From: Copranaerobaculum intestinale
GTDB lineage: Bacteria; Bacillota_I; Bacilli_A; Erysipelotrichales; Erysipelotrichaceae
DNA length: 32,000 bases
Direction: 5' to 3'
NCBI RefSeq assembly: GCF_009831105.1
Contig: NZ_WUUQ01000002.1
Location: 360,001 to 392,000, forward strand
Part shown: piece by piece, positions 15,567 through 24,751 of the stretch
How positions within the stretch are numbered: the stretch's first letter is position 1
Layout of the letters: each line of letters starts with the position of its first letter
Translations under genes and position numbers: made by a program
Notes under the pieces: generated by a model
Told to the model about the DNA's origin: nothing
The model's database searches: none
Seen by the model: the letters and a program-made list of their open reading frames with translations, nothing else

Positions 15567-18500
15567 ATGAGCGTTCATCTTCATGTCAGAAGCTGTTATA
15601 CCTTATTATCGAGTACGCTGAGCGTAGAACATATCGTAGCACTTGCGAAACAATATGGATATCGTGCGGTGACGCTTTGCGATGAAAAGGTAATGCATGG
15701 CGCCATGGCTTTTTATCATGCTTGTAAGAATGCCGATATCAAACCGCTGTTTGCGATGGAAGTGGAGGCTAGCTGGGAAGAACAGCCATATCGATTTATT
15801 CTGCTCGCAAAAAATGATCAGGGTTATTTATCCTTATTAAAATTATCAACATATTTGAATACGGTTCAGAATACCATTACACTAGACGAATTAAAACCAT
15901 ACTGTTCTGATGTTTTTCTTTTGACCGCGGGTGCAGATACCAATTTGGAATCACTTATCATTAAGCAGGAGGGTGAAACCTTAAAAGAATTTTTAGTTGC
16001 CTGCCGTGCGCTTACGCGATCATTTGTGGTGAGTATCGCTCGCAATGATTCAGGACTTTGGCAGATCAAGAATCAATATTTGAAATCAGTATGTAAAGAA
16101 TTGAATATACCAACCTGTGCTTTATCGCGGATTTATTTCGGTGAACCGGATGATGAGGAGAGTTATCAAACTCTTTGCGCGATCAAACAGGGTGTCAGTG
16201 TGCAGGATAAGACCTTGAATTACAGTCCGAATCGCTATTTTCGAACCCCGGAAGAAATGACCGAGCTGTATGATGATGACGATCTGAAAATGACGGATGT
16301 GATCGCGGATGCATGCCAGGTTGATATGAAATTCGAAAAAGCAAAGCTTCCGCAGTTTCATAATAAATTTCATGTGAGCAGTGAAATGTATCTGACTCAG
16401 CTTTGTCAGAAGGGACTCTTGAAACGTATGCAGGGGAAACCGATTCCCAAAGTGTATCAGGATCGTTTACATTACGAGCTGCATGTCATCATCTCCATGC
16501 ATTATGCAGATTACTTTTTGATTGTTTGGGATTTTATCCGCTTTGCCCGTTCAAAAGATATTTATGTTGGACCGGGGCGAGGCAGCGCTGCCGGATCACT
16601 CGTCTCCTATTGCTTAGGAATCACGCATATTGATCCGATTCAGTACGGTTTATTGTTTGAGCGGTTTTTAAATCCCGAGCGTATTTCCATGCCGGATATC
16701 GATACCGATTTTCCGGATAACCGTCGGGATGAAGTGATCGAATATGTCCGTGAACATTATGGATATGATCACGTTGCGCATATCATCACCTTTAATACCC
16801 TGGCAGCTAAACAGGTACTGCGGGATGTCGGAAAGGCGCTTCAGGTGCCGCCGCGGGAAGTGGATGCGCTCTGTCGAATGGTACCGAATCTGCCGAAGGT
16901 AACGCTTGATTATACATACGAAAATGTTCCCCGTTTTAAGCAGATGATCAATACAAGTGAAAAGTACCGCAGACTGTATGCGATATCCAAACGATTGGAA
17001 GGTTTGCCGCGTCATGCGTCTCAGCATGCGGCAGGTATTGTATTTGCGGATGCGGATATCACAAATGTATGCCCGCTGATTCACGTGGATGAAAATATTT
17101 GCGCTACGCAGTTCACGATGGAATATTTAGAAGAACTCGGTTTGATTAAGATGGATTTTCTGGGACTTCGAAATCTGACGATAATTGATGAGATTGTATC
17201 AGATATCAATGCAAGTCGTACCAAGAAACTGGAAATTATGAAAATCCCATTGGATGATGCCCGTACCTTTCAGGTGATCCAGGCCGTGGATACAGTGGGT
17301 ATTTTTCAGCTTGAAAGTGAAGGTATGAAGAACTTGATCCGCAAGATGAAACCGCGTGATTTTGAGGATATCGTGGCTTTGCTGGCGCTGTTTCGGCCGG
17401 GTCCCATGGAAAACATTCCCCGTTATCTGGAAGCGCGGGCTCATCCGGAAAAAGTGGACTATATGCATCCAAGTCTGAAACCGATCTTGCAGAATACTTA
17501 TGGGGTTATGATCTATCAGGAACAGATCATGCAAATTGCTCAGGTCATGGCAGGCTTCAGTCTGGCCAAGGCAGATAATATGCGTAAGGCGATATCGAAG
17601 AAACACGGTGATGAATTAAAAATTCTTCAGCAAGAGTTTATTGATGGTGCGGTTAAGCGCGGTTATTCAAAAAATCTGGCAGAGCACGTATATGAAATGA
17701 TCATGAAATTCGCCAATTATGGCTTTAACCGTTCGCATAGTGTCGCTTATGCACTGCTTGTATATCAGCTGGCATACCTGAAAGCCAATGCACCGCTGTA
17801 TTTTTTCAGTTCATTATTAAACAGTGTAATCGGATCAGAAACCAAGACCAGTGAATATTTGTTTGAGGCGCGAAGACGAGGTATTCAGATTTTGCCGCCT
17901 TCGGTTAATTACAGTACCAATCGTTATCAAATTGAACAACGGGCCCTGCGCTTTCCGCTTACCGCAATTAAGGGTGTAGGCTCCTCGGTATGCATGCAGC
18001 TGCTGAAAGAGCGAAAGGAAAAGGGCCAATACGATGATGTGTTTGATTTTGTGGCCCGTATCACCACCTGCCGGATCAGCCGCAAGCTGGTCGAAACACT
18101 GATTTATGCAGGTGCATTGGATGATTTTAAAATGAACCGCACGAGCTTGATTGCTTCGCTGGACGATGCGTTTCGTTATGGTGATCTGGTTAAGATTGAA
18201 GATGAGAATCAAATTATGATTGATTTTGACTTGGTATCCAAGCCAGCCCCGCATTCGTTAAAAGAAAACAGTTTTCTTTGTGCGGAAAAGGAAAAGGAAG
18301 TGCTGGGCTTTTATCTAAGCTCTCATCCGATTTCTCAGCTGCGCGCTCGTATTGATCCCAATCTTCCGGGTCTGATCATGCTGAATCAGAAACGCGGCTG
18401 GGTTAAATTTATCTGTCATGTGGAAAAGACACGGCAGCATCGTACGAAAAACGGTGATCTGATGCTGTTTGCGACCGTGAATGATGAAACCGGCAAATTC

Positions 18501-18638
18501 GATCTTGTCATCATGCCGAATATTTATGCGGCAAACGGCGCCATACTAGTAAAGGGCACCTATTTGATGGTCGAGGGAACCATCGATCGAGAAAATAGCT
18601 GTTTGGTAAAACGAATATCAAAAATAGAAACAGAATAG
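15567..18638 (+). CDS. dnaE: DNA polymerase III alpha subunit, DnaE type
   Basis: PHP domain 'HLHVRSCYTLL', polymerase core motifs 'GPGRGSAAGSLVSYCLGIT' and 'PDIDTDF', 'FRPGPM', 'YGFNRSHSVAYA', and a C-terminal OB-fold region. I prefer the ATG at 15567 over the TTG at 15531. Confidence 0.95.
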   Translation: MSVHLHVRSCYTLLSSTLSVEHIVALAKQYGYRAVTLCDEKVMHGAMAFYHACKNADIKPLFAMEVEASWEEQPYRFILLAKNDQGYLSLLKLSTYLNTVQNTITLDELKPYCSDVFLLTAGADTNLESLIIKQEGETLKEFLVACRALTRSFVVSIARNDSGLWQIKNQYLKSVCKELNIPTCALSRIYFGEPDDEESYQTLCAIKQGVSVQDKTLNYSPNRYFRTPEEMTELYDDDDLKMTDVIADACQVDMKFEKAKLPQFHNKFHVSSEMYLTQLCQKGLLKRMQGKPIPKVYQDRLHYELHVIISMHYADYFLIVWDFIRFARSKDIYVGPGRGSAAGSLVSYCLGITHIDPIQYGLLFERFLNPERISMPDIDTDFPDNRRDEVIEYVREHYGYDHVAHIITFNTLAAKQVLRDVGKALQVPPREVDALCRMVPNLPKVTLDYTYENVPRFKQMINTSEKYRRLYAISKRLEGLPRHASQHAAGIVFADADITNVCPLIHVDENICATQFTMEYLEELGLIKMDFLGLRNLTIIDEIVSDINASRTKKLEIMKIPLDDARTFQVIQAVDTVGIFQLESEGMKNLIRKMKPRDFEDIVALLALFRPGPMENIPRYLEARAHPEKVDYMHPSLKPILQNTYGVMIYQEQIMQIAQVMAGFSLAKADNMRKAISKKHGDELKILQQEFIDGAVKRGYSKNLAEHVYEMIMKFANYGFNRSHSVAYALLVYQLAYLKANAPLYFFSSLLNSVIGSETKTSEYLFEARRRGIQILPPSVNYSTNRYQIEQRALRFPLTAIKGVGSSVCMQLLKERKEKGQYDDVFDFVARITTCRISRKLVETLIYAGALDDFKMNRTSLIASLDDAFRYGDLVKIEDENQIMIDFDLVSKPAPHSLKENSFLCAEKEKEVLGFYLSSHPISQLRARIDPNLPGLIMLNQKRGWVKFICHVEKTRQHRTKNGDLMLFATVNDETGKFDLVIMPNIYAANGAILVKGTYLMVEGTIDRENSCLVKRISKIETE

Positions 18639-18648
18639 CGAGGTAAGT

Positions 18649-19218
18649 ATGGAAATATGGTATGTGCGTCATGGTCAGACGGACTGGAATGTAGAAGGCA
18701 GAATTCAAGGCAGTACCGATATCCCTTTGAATCAGACTGGAATCGAGCAGGCATATCAAGTCAAGCAGCAGCTGGATCAGGAATCATTTGACCTGGTGCT
18801 GGCTTCTCCGCTGTTACGAGCATATGAAACTGCAAAGATCATCTGCCTTGATAAAGCCGTGGAGATCAAGGGTGATGAACGTTTGAAAGAACGTAATTTC
18901 GGAAGCTATGAAGGAACGCTGGTCAAAGCAATGCCGGTCGGGGACTTCTGGGACTTGAAACAGGATTTGTGTCCGGAAAACGGTGAATCCACCCGTATGG
19001 TATTTGACCGTATTTATGCATTTCTGGATGATTTGAAAAAGCTGTATCCAAGTCATAAAATTTTATTGGTAGCGCACGGCGGTATTGCCATCCCGTTGCG
19101 ATGTTATATGGAGGGTATTCCCGAAACCAAAGCACTGCGCTCCTTGATCATTCACAACTGTGAAGCGGTGCATTATCAGGTCGATCCTGATCAAATTGTT
19201 AAGAATCCATTTTCATAA
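18649..19218 (+). CDS. Histidine phosphatase family protein (phosphoglycerate mutase-like)
   Basis: N-terminal 'VRHGQTDWN' is the RHG catalytic motif. 'SPLLRAYETA' and a second catalytic His in 'LLVAHGG' are also present. Confidence 0.8.
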   Translation: MEIWYVRHGQTDWNVEGRIQGSTDIPLNQTGIEQAYQVKQQLDQESFDLVLASPLLRAYETAKIICLDKAVEIKGDERLKERNFGSYEGTLVKAMPVGDFWDLKQDLCPENGESTRMVFDRIYAFLDDLKKLYPSHKILLVAHGGIAIPLRCYMEGIPETKALRSLIIHNCEAVHYQVDPDQIVKNPFS

Positions 19219-19270
19219 TGGATTTTTTTCATGGATCAGCATGTATGCCTTTTGGCATATTGCTTTTCAA
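19204..19270 (+). terminator. Two tandem terminator-like hairpins after the histidine phosphatase gene
   Basis: Hairpin 1: aatccatt (19204-11), loop ttcat, aatggatt (19217-24), then ttttt. Hairpin 2: gtatgcc (19243-49), loop tttt, ggcatat (19254-60), then tgctttt. Confidence 0.55.
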
Positions 19271-19321
19271 GAAACTGGCAATCAAGTATAATAATGCTAA
19301 TATATGAAAGAGGGTTATAGA

Positions 19322-20242
19322 ATGGTTTCACTGGATAAGGATTTTGAAACAGTGAGTTTGGATGATATTCCCATGATCATGAATTTTCTGGCCAAAAGTA
19401 AATATGAAGAAAGCAATCATAATATTGTCAATATGATTTTATGGATGGATGTATATCCGTTGTGGAAGTATGTAAATGATCATTATTTACTGCTTTTAGG
19501 TATCCACAACCGAAAGCTGTTTTTATATATGCCGCTGTGTGAGGAGAACTATTTTAAAGAGGCGATTCTTTGCGCAAAGCAGATTTTCGATCGGTATGGA
19601 TGCCCGTTTCGGTTAAGCTGCTTCACGCGTCCGCAGATTGATATGGCCGCACAATATGTCCCTGGATATCACGTATGTGCGGTACGAAACAGCTTTGATT
19701 ATGTGTATGAATGTGAAAAGCTGCGTACCTTCTCCGGTAAAAAACTTCAAAAGAAACGAAATCATTTAAATGCTTTTTATAAGGAATATGATGGCCGTTT
19801 TACATATGAAGTGATGAATGCGGATAATGCTTTGGCATGTATTGATTTTCTGCATACATGGAAGGATGATGATGAAGATGTGTTTCTTCAGCAGGAAAAA
19901 GCCGGAACGGTAAGAGTACTGAAGCTGTGGGATAAGCTGCCGGCACGCGGAGGAATCCTTCGAATCGATGGTGAAATTCGCGCTTTTGCGATCGGTTCGC
20001 GGCTTTCCAAACGCATGTGTCAAATGAATGTCGAAAAGGGGGATGATCGCATTCGGGGAATTTATCAGGCAATGGTCAAAGAATTTTTGAGTCGGGAATA
20101 TTTGGACTGCGAATATGTCAATCGGGAAGATGATATGGGAAAAGAGAATATCCGCAAAGCGAAGGAAGCATATCATCCGGTATTTATGGTTGAGAAATAT
20201 CAGTTCTGTGAATGTGGTGAAATCAATGATTACGTTAGCTGA
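19322..20242 (+). CDS. Stand-alone DUF2156 domain protein (homologous to the aminoacyl-tRNA-dependent synthase domain of MprF/LysX), with no membrane domain
   Basis: The motif block 'FSGKKLQKKRNHLNAFYKEY' and an overall ~300-aa soluble architecture match what I recall of DUF2156/LPG_synthase_C proteins. I prefer the ATG at 19322 (AGAGGG 7 nt upstream) over 19304. Confidence 0.6.
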   Translation: MVSLDKDFETVSLDDIPMIMNFLAKSKYEESNHNIVNMILWMDVYPLWKYVNDHYLLLLGIHNRKLFLYMPLCEENYFKEAILCAKQIFDRYGCPFRLSCFTRPQIDMAAQYVPGYHVCAVRNSFDYVYECEKLRTFSGKKLQKKRNHLNAFYKEYDGRFTYEVMNADNALACIDFLHTWKDDDEDVFLQQEKAGTVRVLKLWDKLPARGGILRIDGEIRAFAIGSRLSKRMCQMNVEKGDDRIRGIYQAMVKEFLSREYLDCEYVNREDDMGKENIRKAKEAYHPVFMVEKYQFCECGEINDYVS

Positions 20243-21086
20243 AAAGCAGGATAAAGAAGCGATTTATCAAATATGGAAAAAGTTATTTGCTGACGATGAC
20301 GGCGGATATACCGATTATTATTTTCAATCACTCTATGATCGGGCTATCACGTATGTTATCAAGGAGCAAGGACTCATCAAAGCTGTGCTGCAGCGGCAGA
20401 AACATGAGATTCGCTTTCATCAGCACAACGTTCCTACTTCGATGATTTTGGGAGTCGCAACCCTTCCTGAATATCAGGGACAAGGACTGATGCGAAGGCT
20501 CATGGAATATGCGCTGGATGATGCGAAAAGAGAAGAAACGGTAACGATGATACAGGCATATCATCCTAAGCTTTATACACCCTTTGGATTTCAGGTCTAT
20601 TACCATACGAAAACAATACCGTTTTCATCAGTACATACAAGGATAACCGGAGGGCTGGGGGATCCTGATTTTTTAGCTTGTTTGAAATTATATGATCATG
20701 CCATGGCATCCTTTGAGGGAACGATCGTGCGCACAAAGCAGTCCTTTATCGAGCTGCATGAAGAGCTACAGGCTCAGGGAGGGCAACTGATCGGTTACTA
20801 TGAGGGTGATGTGATGAAAGCCTATGCGGCCTTGGAACTGCAGGCAGATAACCTGGTAACCGAATGCTTTGGTGATGCGGACGCTTGTTCAAAGCTGCTT
20901 GCCCTGGCACAACGCCGATTTGGAAATCTGAAGCAGCAGATATGTGATCATGATGGAGACCCCTATACAATGCTTTTATTTCATGATTGGCCGCGTTTTG
21001 CTTCCCTGGTGGATTTAGAGGAGCCATGTGAATCTGCTTATTTTCAAAATTTGGATACGCTGTTGTTTATGCATGAAAATGCTTAG
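20226..21086 (+). CDS. GNAT-family N-acetyltransferase (Eis-like two-domain type)
   Basis: GNAT motif A is 'GVATLPEYQGQGLMRRLMEYALDDA'. The ATG at 20226 (GGTGA upstream) overlaps the DUF2156 gene by 17 nt. The upstream extension in the ORF track lies inside the preceding gene. Confidence 0.7.
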   Translation: MITLAEKQDKEAIYQIWKKLFADDDGGYTDYYFQSLYDRAITYVIKEQGLIKAVLQRQKHEIRFHQHNVPTSMILGVATLPEYQGQGLMRRLMEYALDDAKREETVTMIQAYHPKLYTPFGFQVYYHTKTIPFSSVHTRITGGLGDPDFLACLKLYDHAMASFEGTIVRTKQSFIELHEELQAQGGQLIGYYEGDVMKAYAALELQADNLVTECFGDADACSKLLALAQRRFGNLKQQICDHDGDPYTMLLFHDWPRFASLVDLEEPCESAYFQNLDTLLFMHENA

Positions 21087-21091
21087 AAATA

Positions 21092-21120
21092 TTGAACCGG
21101 TCATCTTAAAAGGTTATAAT
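21092..21120 (+). promoter_or_regulatory. Candidate sigma-A promoter for the zinc-ribbon/ProX-like pair
   Basis: TTGAAC (21092-97), 17-nt spacer, TATAAT (21115-20), lying 24 nt upstream of the ATG at 21144. Confidence 0.6.
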
Positions 21121-21143
21121 AGTTGAAAAGAGGAGGCATTATA

Positions 21144-21344
21144 ATGGAACCGATAAAAATTGAAAAATGTCCTTATTGTGGAAATACCAGTATTGGCATT
21201 GGATATCAGCTGGGACAGGGCAGTTTATCTGCTTCAAAAATGGGCTTAACAGGATGTAAGGTTGTTCATATGATTTGCCGCGGCTGCGGAAGTATTCTGT
21301 ATAGCCGTGTGGAAAAGCCTCAAATATTTAAGGAGGAAAAATAA
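21144..21344 (+). CDS. Small zinc-ribbon protein (66 aa)
   Basis: Two CxxC pairs are present ('CPYCGN' and 'CRGCGS'). A strong RBS GAGGAGG lies upstream. The stop is 1 nt before the next gene's ATG. Confidence 0.55.
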   Translation: MEPIKIEKCPYCGNTSIGIGYQLGQGSLSASKMGLTGCKVVHMICRGCGSILYSRVEKPQIFKEEK

Positions 21345-21345
21345 C

Positions 21346-21837
21346 ATGCATTTGGAAACGTATGAATTATTGGATCGGCTTAATCTGAAATATCAGCCTT
21401 ATGAACATGAACCGGTATTGGATTATGAAACAGCGGCAATGGTAGATGAGAAATATCATATTGAAGGTGTGGAAAGCAAAAGCCTCTTGATGAAGACAAA
21501 ATCGGGGAAATATTACCTTTTGATTACAACAAGCGATCAGCGGATGGATCGTAAATATATGAAACAGCTGCTGGGAGAAAAGGTTTCTATTGCCGCGCCG
21601 GAAGAACTGATGGAATTAGCAGGATATGAGGCTGGCTGTGCCGCGCCGTTCTGCTATCCGAAGGAAGTTGGTTTTTTGGTAGACACGTATTTGTTTACGT
21701 TGGATAAGATTATAATTTCCGCTGGTATATCAACTCAGTCAGCGTCTTTTGATCCCAATATCCTGAAAACTGTTTATGAACACGTTGAAAATGAAGTACG
21801 TTATCTGGATGATGTTCATGTGATGCCGGAAGTATAA
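21346..21837 (+). CDS. YbaK/ProX-type aminoacyl-tRNA trans-editing (deacylase) domain protein
   Basis: 'YEHEPVLDYETAA', the conserved Lys region 'VESKSLLMKTKSGKYYLLI', and 'AGYEAGCAAPF' fit the tRNA_edit (YbaK/ProRS-associated) fold. RBS AAGGAGG lies inside the end of the zinc-ribbon gene. Confidence 0.75.
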   Translation: MHLETYELLDRLNLKYQPYEHEPVLDYETAAMVDEKYHIEGVESKSLLMKTKSGKYYLLITTSDQRMDRKYMKQLLGEKVSIAAPEELMELAGYEAGCAAPFCYPKEVGFLVDTYLFTLDKIIISAGISTQSASFDPNILKTVYEHVENEVRYLDDVHVMPEV

Positions 21838-21856
21838 CGAATCATTTATATGAATT

Positions 21857-21889
21857 GAAGAAGGGGTCTTTTGAGAAGACTTCTTTTTA
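21857..21889 (+). terminator. Terminator-like hairpin after the ProX-like gene
   Basis: The region gaagaaggggtctt / ttgag / aagacttcttttt has a core stem gtctt/aagac. The stem is extended by G-U and A-U pairs and runs into a T-tract. Confidence 0.55.
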
Positions 21890-22039
21890 TTATGTGCTTT
21901 ACCGAATAAGTACAGGTTTTCTTTTGTCGTTTATTAAGATTGCGGATAAAAAAGTAAGGCAAGCCTCGATGTGGCATGTGGATAATTTGCAGCTATTAAC
22001 TATCCGTAGTGTAAAGAATAATTTGCATATTTATTAACA

Positions 22040-22060
22040 ATATGACAGGGGATGTCATAT
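22040..22060. promoter_or_regulatory. Palindromic operator-like site ATATGACA-N5-TGTCATAT upstream of the GNAT-YoaP gene
   Basis: Perfect 8-bp inverted arms lie at 22040-47 and 22053-60. They are 7 nt upstream of an extended -10 element TGgTATACT (22067-75) and ~50 nt upstream of the ATG at 22108. Confidence 0.35.
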
Positions 22061-22107
22061 CCTTCATGGTATACTTTTGATAAAGAAAGATACCAGAGGG
22101 AGCAAAC

Positions 22108-22857
22108 ATGGAAGGTAAATTTATAAATATTACATTGGATAATATCGAACAGGAGCATCTGTGCTGTGCGATAGGGGACAAAAAGCATGCGGCAGGGGTA
22201 GATGTTAAAAAACAATGGATGAAAGAGCGTCTTAATGAGGGTCATGTGTTTCGTAGACTTGATGAAAAAGGAAAGATATTCATTGAATATGCACCGTTGG
22301 AAAAAGCTTGGGTGCCGGTTATCGGAGATAACTATTTGTATATTTACTGTTTATGGGTAGCCGGATCTTTTAAGGGCAAGGGTTACGGAAAGGCACTGAT
22401 GGATGATTGTATAGAGGATGCTCATACACAGGGAAAGTCCGGTATCTGCATAATCAGTTCCAGGAAGAAAAAGCCGTATCTAAGTGATAAAAAATTCTTG
22501 AGTAAGGTAGGATTTGAAACGGTTGACGTCATACAAGATGATTATGAGTTAATGGCCTTGTCATTTGATGGCACCAAACCGGCTTTTCAAGAAACAGCGC
22601 GACGGATGAAAATTGATCAGCAGGAGCTTACGATCTATTATGGTAAACAGTGTCCGTATCATGTAAACTGCATCATGCAGATTACTAACTACTGCGAGGC
22701 TAACCAGATTCCGCTTCATCTTCATTGTATAGATTCACTTCAGAAAGCAAAATCAGAGCCCGGTATTTTCAACAATTGGGCGGTTTTCTATCATGGAGAA
22801 TTTTTAGGTGTGCAGCTCATGAATGAGAATATTTTAAAGAAAACGTTGGGAGTATGA
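22108..22857 (+). CDS. GNAT N-acetyltransferase fused to a YoaP-like C-terminal domain
   Basis: GNAT motif A is 'LWVAGSFKGKGYGKALMDDCIEDA'. The C-terminal 'YYGKQCPYHVNCI...NNWAVFYHGEFL' resembles the YoaP-like domain. Confidence 0.7.
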   Translation: MEGKFINITLDNIEQEHLCCAIGDKKHAAGVDVKKQWMKERLNEGHVFRRLDEKGKIFIEYAPLEKAWVPVIGDNYLYIYCLWVAGSFKGKGYGKALMDDCIEDAHTQGKSGICIISSRKKKPYLSDKKFLSKVGFETVDVIQDDYELMALSFDGTKPAFQETARRMKIDQQELTIYYGKQCPYHVNCIMQITNYCEANQIPLHLHCIDSLQKAKSEPGIFNNWAVFYHGEFLGVQLMNENILKKTLGV

Positions 22858-22870
22858 TCAACTGATAAAC

Positions 22871-22897
22871 AAGACAGTCAAAATGGACTGTCTTTAA
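22871..22897 (+). terminator. Terminator-like hairpin after the GNAT-YoaP gene
   Basis: aagacagtc (22871-79), loop aaaatg, gactgtctt (22886-94). The T-tail is short. Confidence 0.55.
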
Positions 22898-23072
22898 ATG
22901 TGGAAATCAGAAGCCAAATCCCATAAAGCAATTTATTATTTTCATATGCTTTTGAAAAAGATATAACAGGATGTCAAGGCATGGGAGATGATGTCAGCTC
23001 ATAAATCAGAAATTGATATTCCATATGCGGCAGTTTGTATTATAATGGAATTTGTCAGGAGTGAAGCAGAAA

Positions 23073-24698
23073 ATGAATAAACAAAGAATTTTTGATCATT
23101 TGCTTAAGCTTTGTGCAGTACCGAGCATTTCCGGCAGCGATGGTGAGAGAGCAATGCCGGATACGATTCGAGCGTGCTTGATGGAACACGCATATTTTCA
23201 AAAACATCCCGATTTCATTGATATCTTTACCATTCCTCAAGCTGCGGAAAAAGAGAGCTATATTTTTGCGCGCTACGAATGTGAGCGGAAGACCGAAAAA
23301 ACAATTCTTCTGCTGTCTCATTTTGATGTGGTTGCGATTGATGAGTACGGAGCGGGTAAACCATATGCTTTTGATCCGATCGCATATGAAGACTTTTTAA
23401 AAAAGGGAAAGGTCCATCTGGATGAGGAGAGTCAGGCAGATCTTGAAAGCAGTCATTATCTGTTTGGGCGGGGAGTATGTGATATGAAATGGGGGTTAGC
23501 TGCGGATATGGAGGTGCTCTTTCATTTCGCAGAACACCCTGATGAAGCAGAAGCAAATGTATTACTGGTAAGCGTGCCGGATGAGGAACGAAATTCCATG
23601 GGCATGCTGGCAGCGGTGCCGCAGTTATTGGCTTATCAGCGGAAACATAATGTAAAGATCGAGCACTGCATCGTATCGGAACCGGATATTTCACCGGATA
23701 AATGTATGAACGGCAAACGGATGTTCATCGGTGCTGCCGGGAAAATCATGCCGTTATTCTACTGTGTCGGAAAAGAAACACATGTCGGCGATCCGTATTT
23801 TGGATTGAATCCGAATACACTGTGTTCCGCAATCGTGGAGCGAATGGAGCTGGATCCCAATTTCATTGATACTGCCAAAGGCTATGAAACGCCGGCGCCG
23901 ACCTGTTTGAAGCAGAGCGACTGCAAGACCAATTATTCCGTGCAGACACCTTATGATGCATATTGTTATTTCAATTTAATGACTTTATCCAAAACCCCGG
24001 ATGTCATCATGAAAGAGCTGATCGATTTGGCCGAGGATGCGTTTGCGGCGGTGTTAAAAAAGCGTATCGAATATCATCATGCAGCCTTAAAGAAGGTTGG
24101 AAAGCATATTCCTATCAATGAATATCCGGTGAATGTGATGACTTATCAGCAGCTGTATCAGCGCTGTGAACAGCTGCACGGTCAGACATTCGTCACCCAC
24201 ATGCAGACATTTATAAAACAATTAAAGAATGATGATTTAAGAAAAATGAGCTTGGCGGTCGTGCAGGAAGCACATACTTTTTTAGATGACCGCAACCCAA
24301 TCATCATTCTGTCTTTTACACCGCCGTATTATCCGCACAGTGGATTTCTTCATGAAGATGCGGTGCTTAGAAAAGCGTGTGAGCGAATCGTCCGTGATGG
24401 AGAAGCAATTCAGGAAACCTATCACATCAATGACTGTTTCAACGGTCTGACAGATATGTCTTATTTATCGCTTCGAGAACCGGTAGATATCGATTCATTG
24501 ACAAAGAATTTCCCGCTATGGGGTATTCATTATGAAGTGCCGCTTCAGAAAATACGCGACTTAAATATTGATTTTGTGAATTTTGGGCCGCTGGGAAAGG
24601 ATCCACACAAGTATACGGAACGTATCGATCTGGAATATAGTATGGAGAAAGCCCCGGTGTTACTGTTGAAGCTGGTGCGGTATCTGAGTGAATCATGA
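23073..24698 (+). CDS. M20-family metallopeptidase, RocB-like (arginine utilisation protein family)
   Basis: M20 metal-ligand motifs are present: 'LLSHFDVV', 'GRGVCDMKWG' and 'VPDEERNS'. Its size of ~540 aa is similar to RocB. The ATG at 23073 has AGGAG 11 nt upstream. Confidence 0.75.
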   Translation: MNKQRIFDHLLKLCAVPSISGSDGERAMPDTIRACLMEHAYFQKHPDFIDIFTIPQAAEKESYIFARYECERKTEKTILLLSHFDVVAIDEYGAGKPYAFDPIAYEDFLKKGKVHLDEESQADLESSHYLFGRGVCDMKWGLAADMEVLFHFAEHPDEAEANVLLVSVPDEERNSMGMLAAVPQLLAYQRKHNVKIEHCIVSEPDISPDKCMNGKRMFIGAAGKIMPLFYCVGKETHVGDPYFGLNPNTLCSAIVERMELDPNFIDTAKGYETPAPTCLKQSDCKTNYSVQTPYDAYCYFNLMTLSKTPDVIMKELIDLAEDAFAAVLKKRIEYHHAALKKVGKHIPINEYPVNVMTYQQLYQRCEQLHGQTFVTHMQTFIKQLKNDDLRKMSLAVVQEAHTFLDDRNPIIILSFTPPYYPHSGFLHEDAVLRKACERIVRDGEAIQETYHINDCFNGLTDMSYLSLREPVDIDSLTKNFPLWGIHYEVPLQKIRDLNIDFVNFGPLGKDPHKYTERIDLEYSMEKAPVLLLKLVRYLSES

Positions 24699-24699
24699 C

Positions 24700-24728
24700 T
24701 TGTATCTGGTCATCTATCTGGCTATAAT
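24700..24728 (+). promoter_or_regulatory. Candidate sigma-A promoter for the MutS-like gene
   Basis: TTGTAT (24700-05), 17-nt spacer, TATAAT (24723-28). It starts 2 nt after the M20 stop codon and lies 24 nt upstream of the ATG at 24752. Confidence 0.6.
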
Positions 24729-24751
24729 AGATACGAAATGATGGTGAAGAT

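Noticed and set aside
21855-22037. 60-aa plus-strand ORF in the long gap before the GNAT-YoaP gene
   Set aside because: It has a TTG start with no RBS, and its 5' end coincides with the terminator hairpin of the ProX-like gene. It shows no recognisable motif. It is more likely non-coding promoter or leader DNA.
22969-22996. GATGTCA repeated 20 bp apart upstream of the M20 gene, sharing a half-site with the 22040-22060 palindrome (possible common regulon)
   Set aside because: The 7-mer also occurs inside coding sequence (for example in dxr near 270) and is expected several times by chance in this window. The evidence is insufficient.
23013-23046. TTGATA ... TATAAT as a promoter for the M20/RocB-like gene
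   Set aside because: The spacer is 22 nt, too long for a standard sigma-A promoter. The TATAAT may still function, but I do not report it as a feature.
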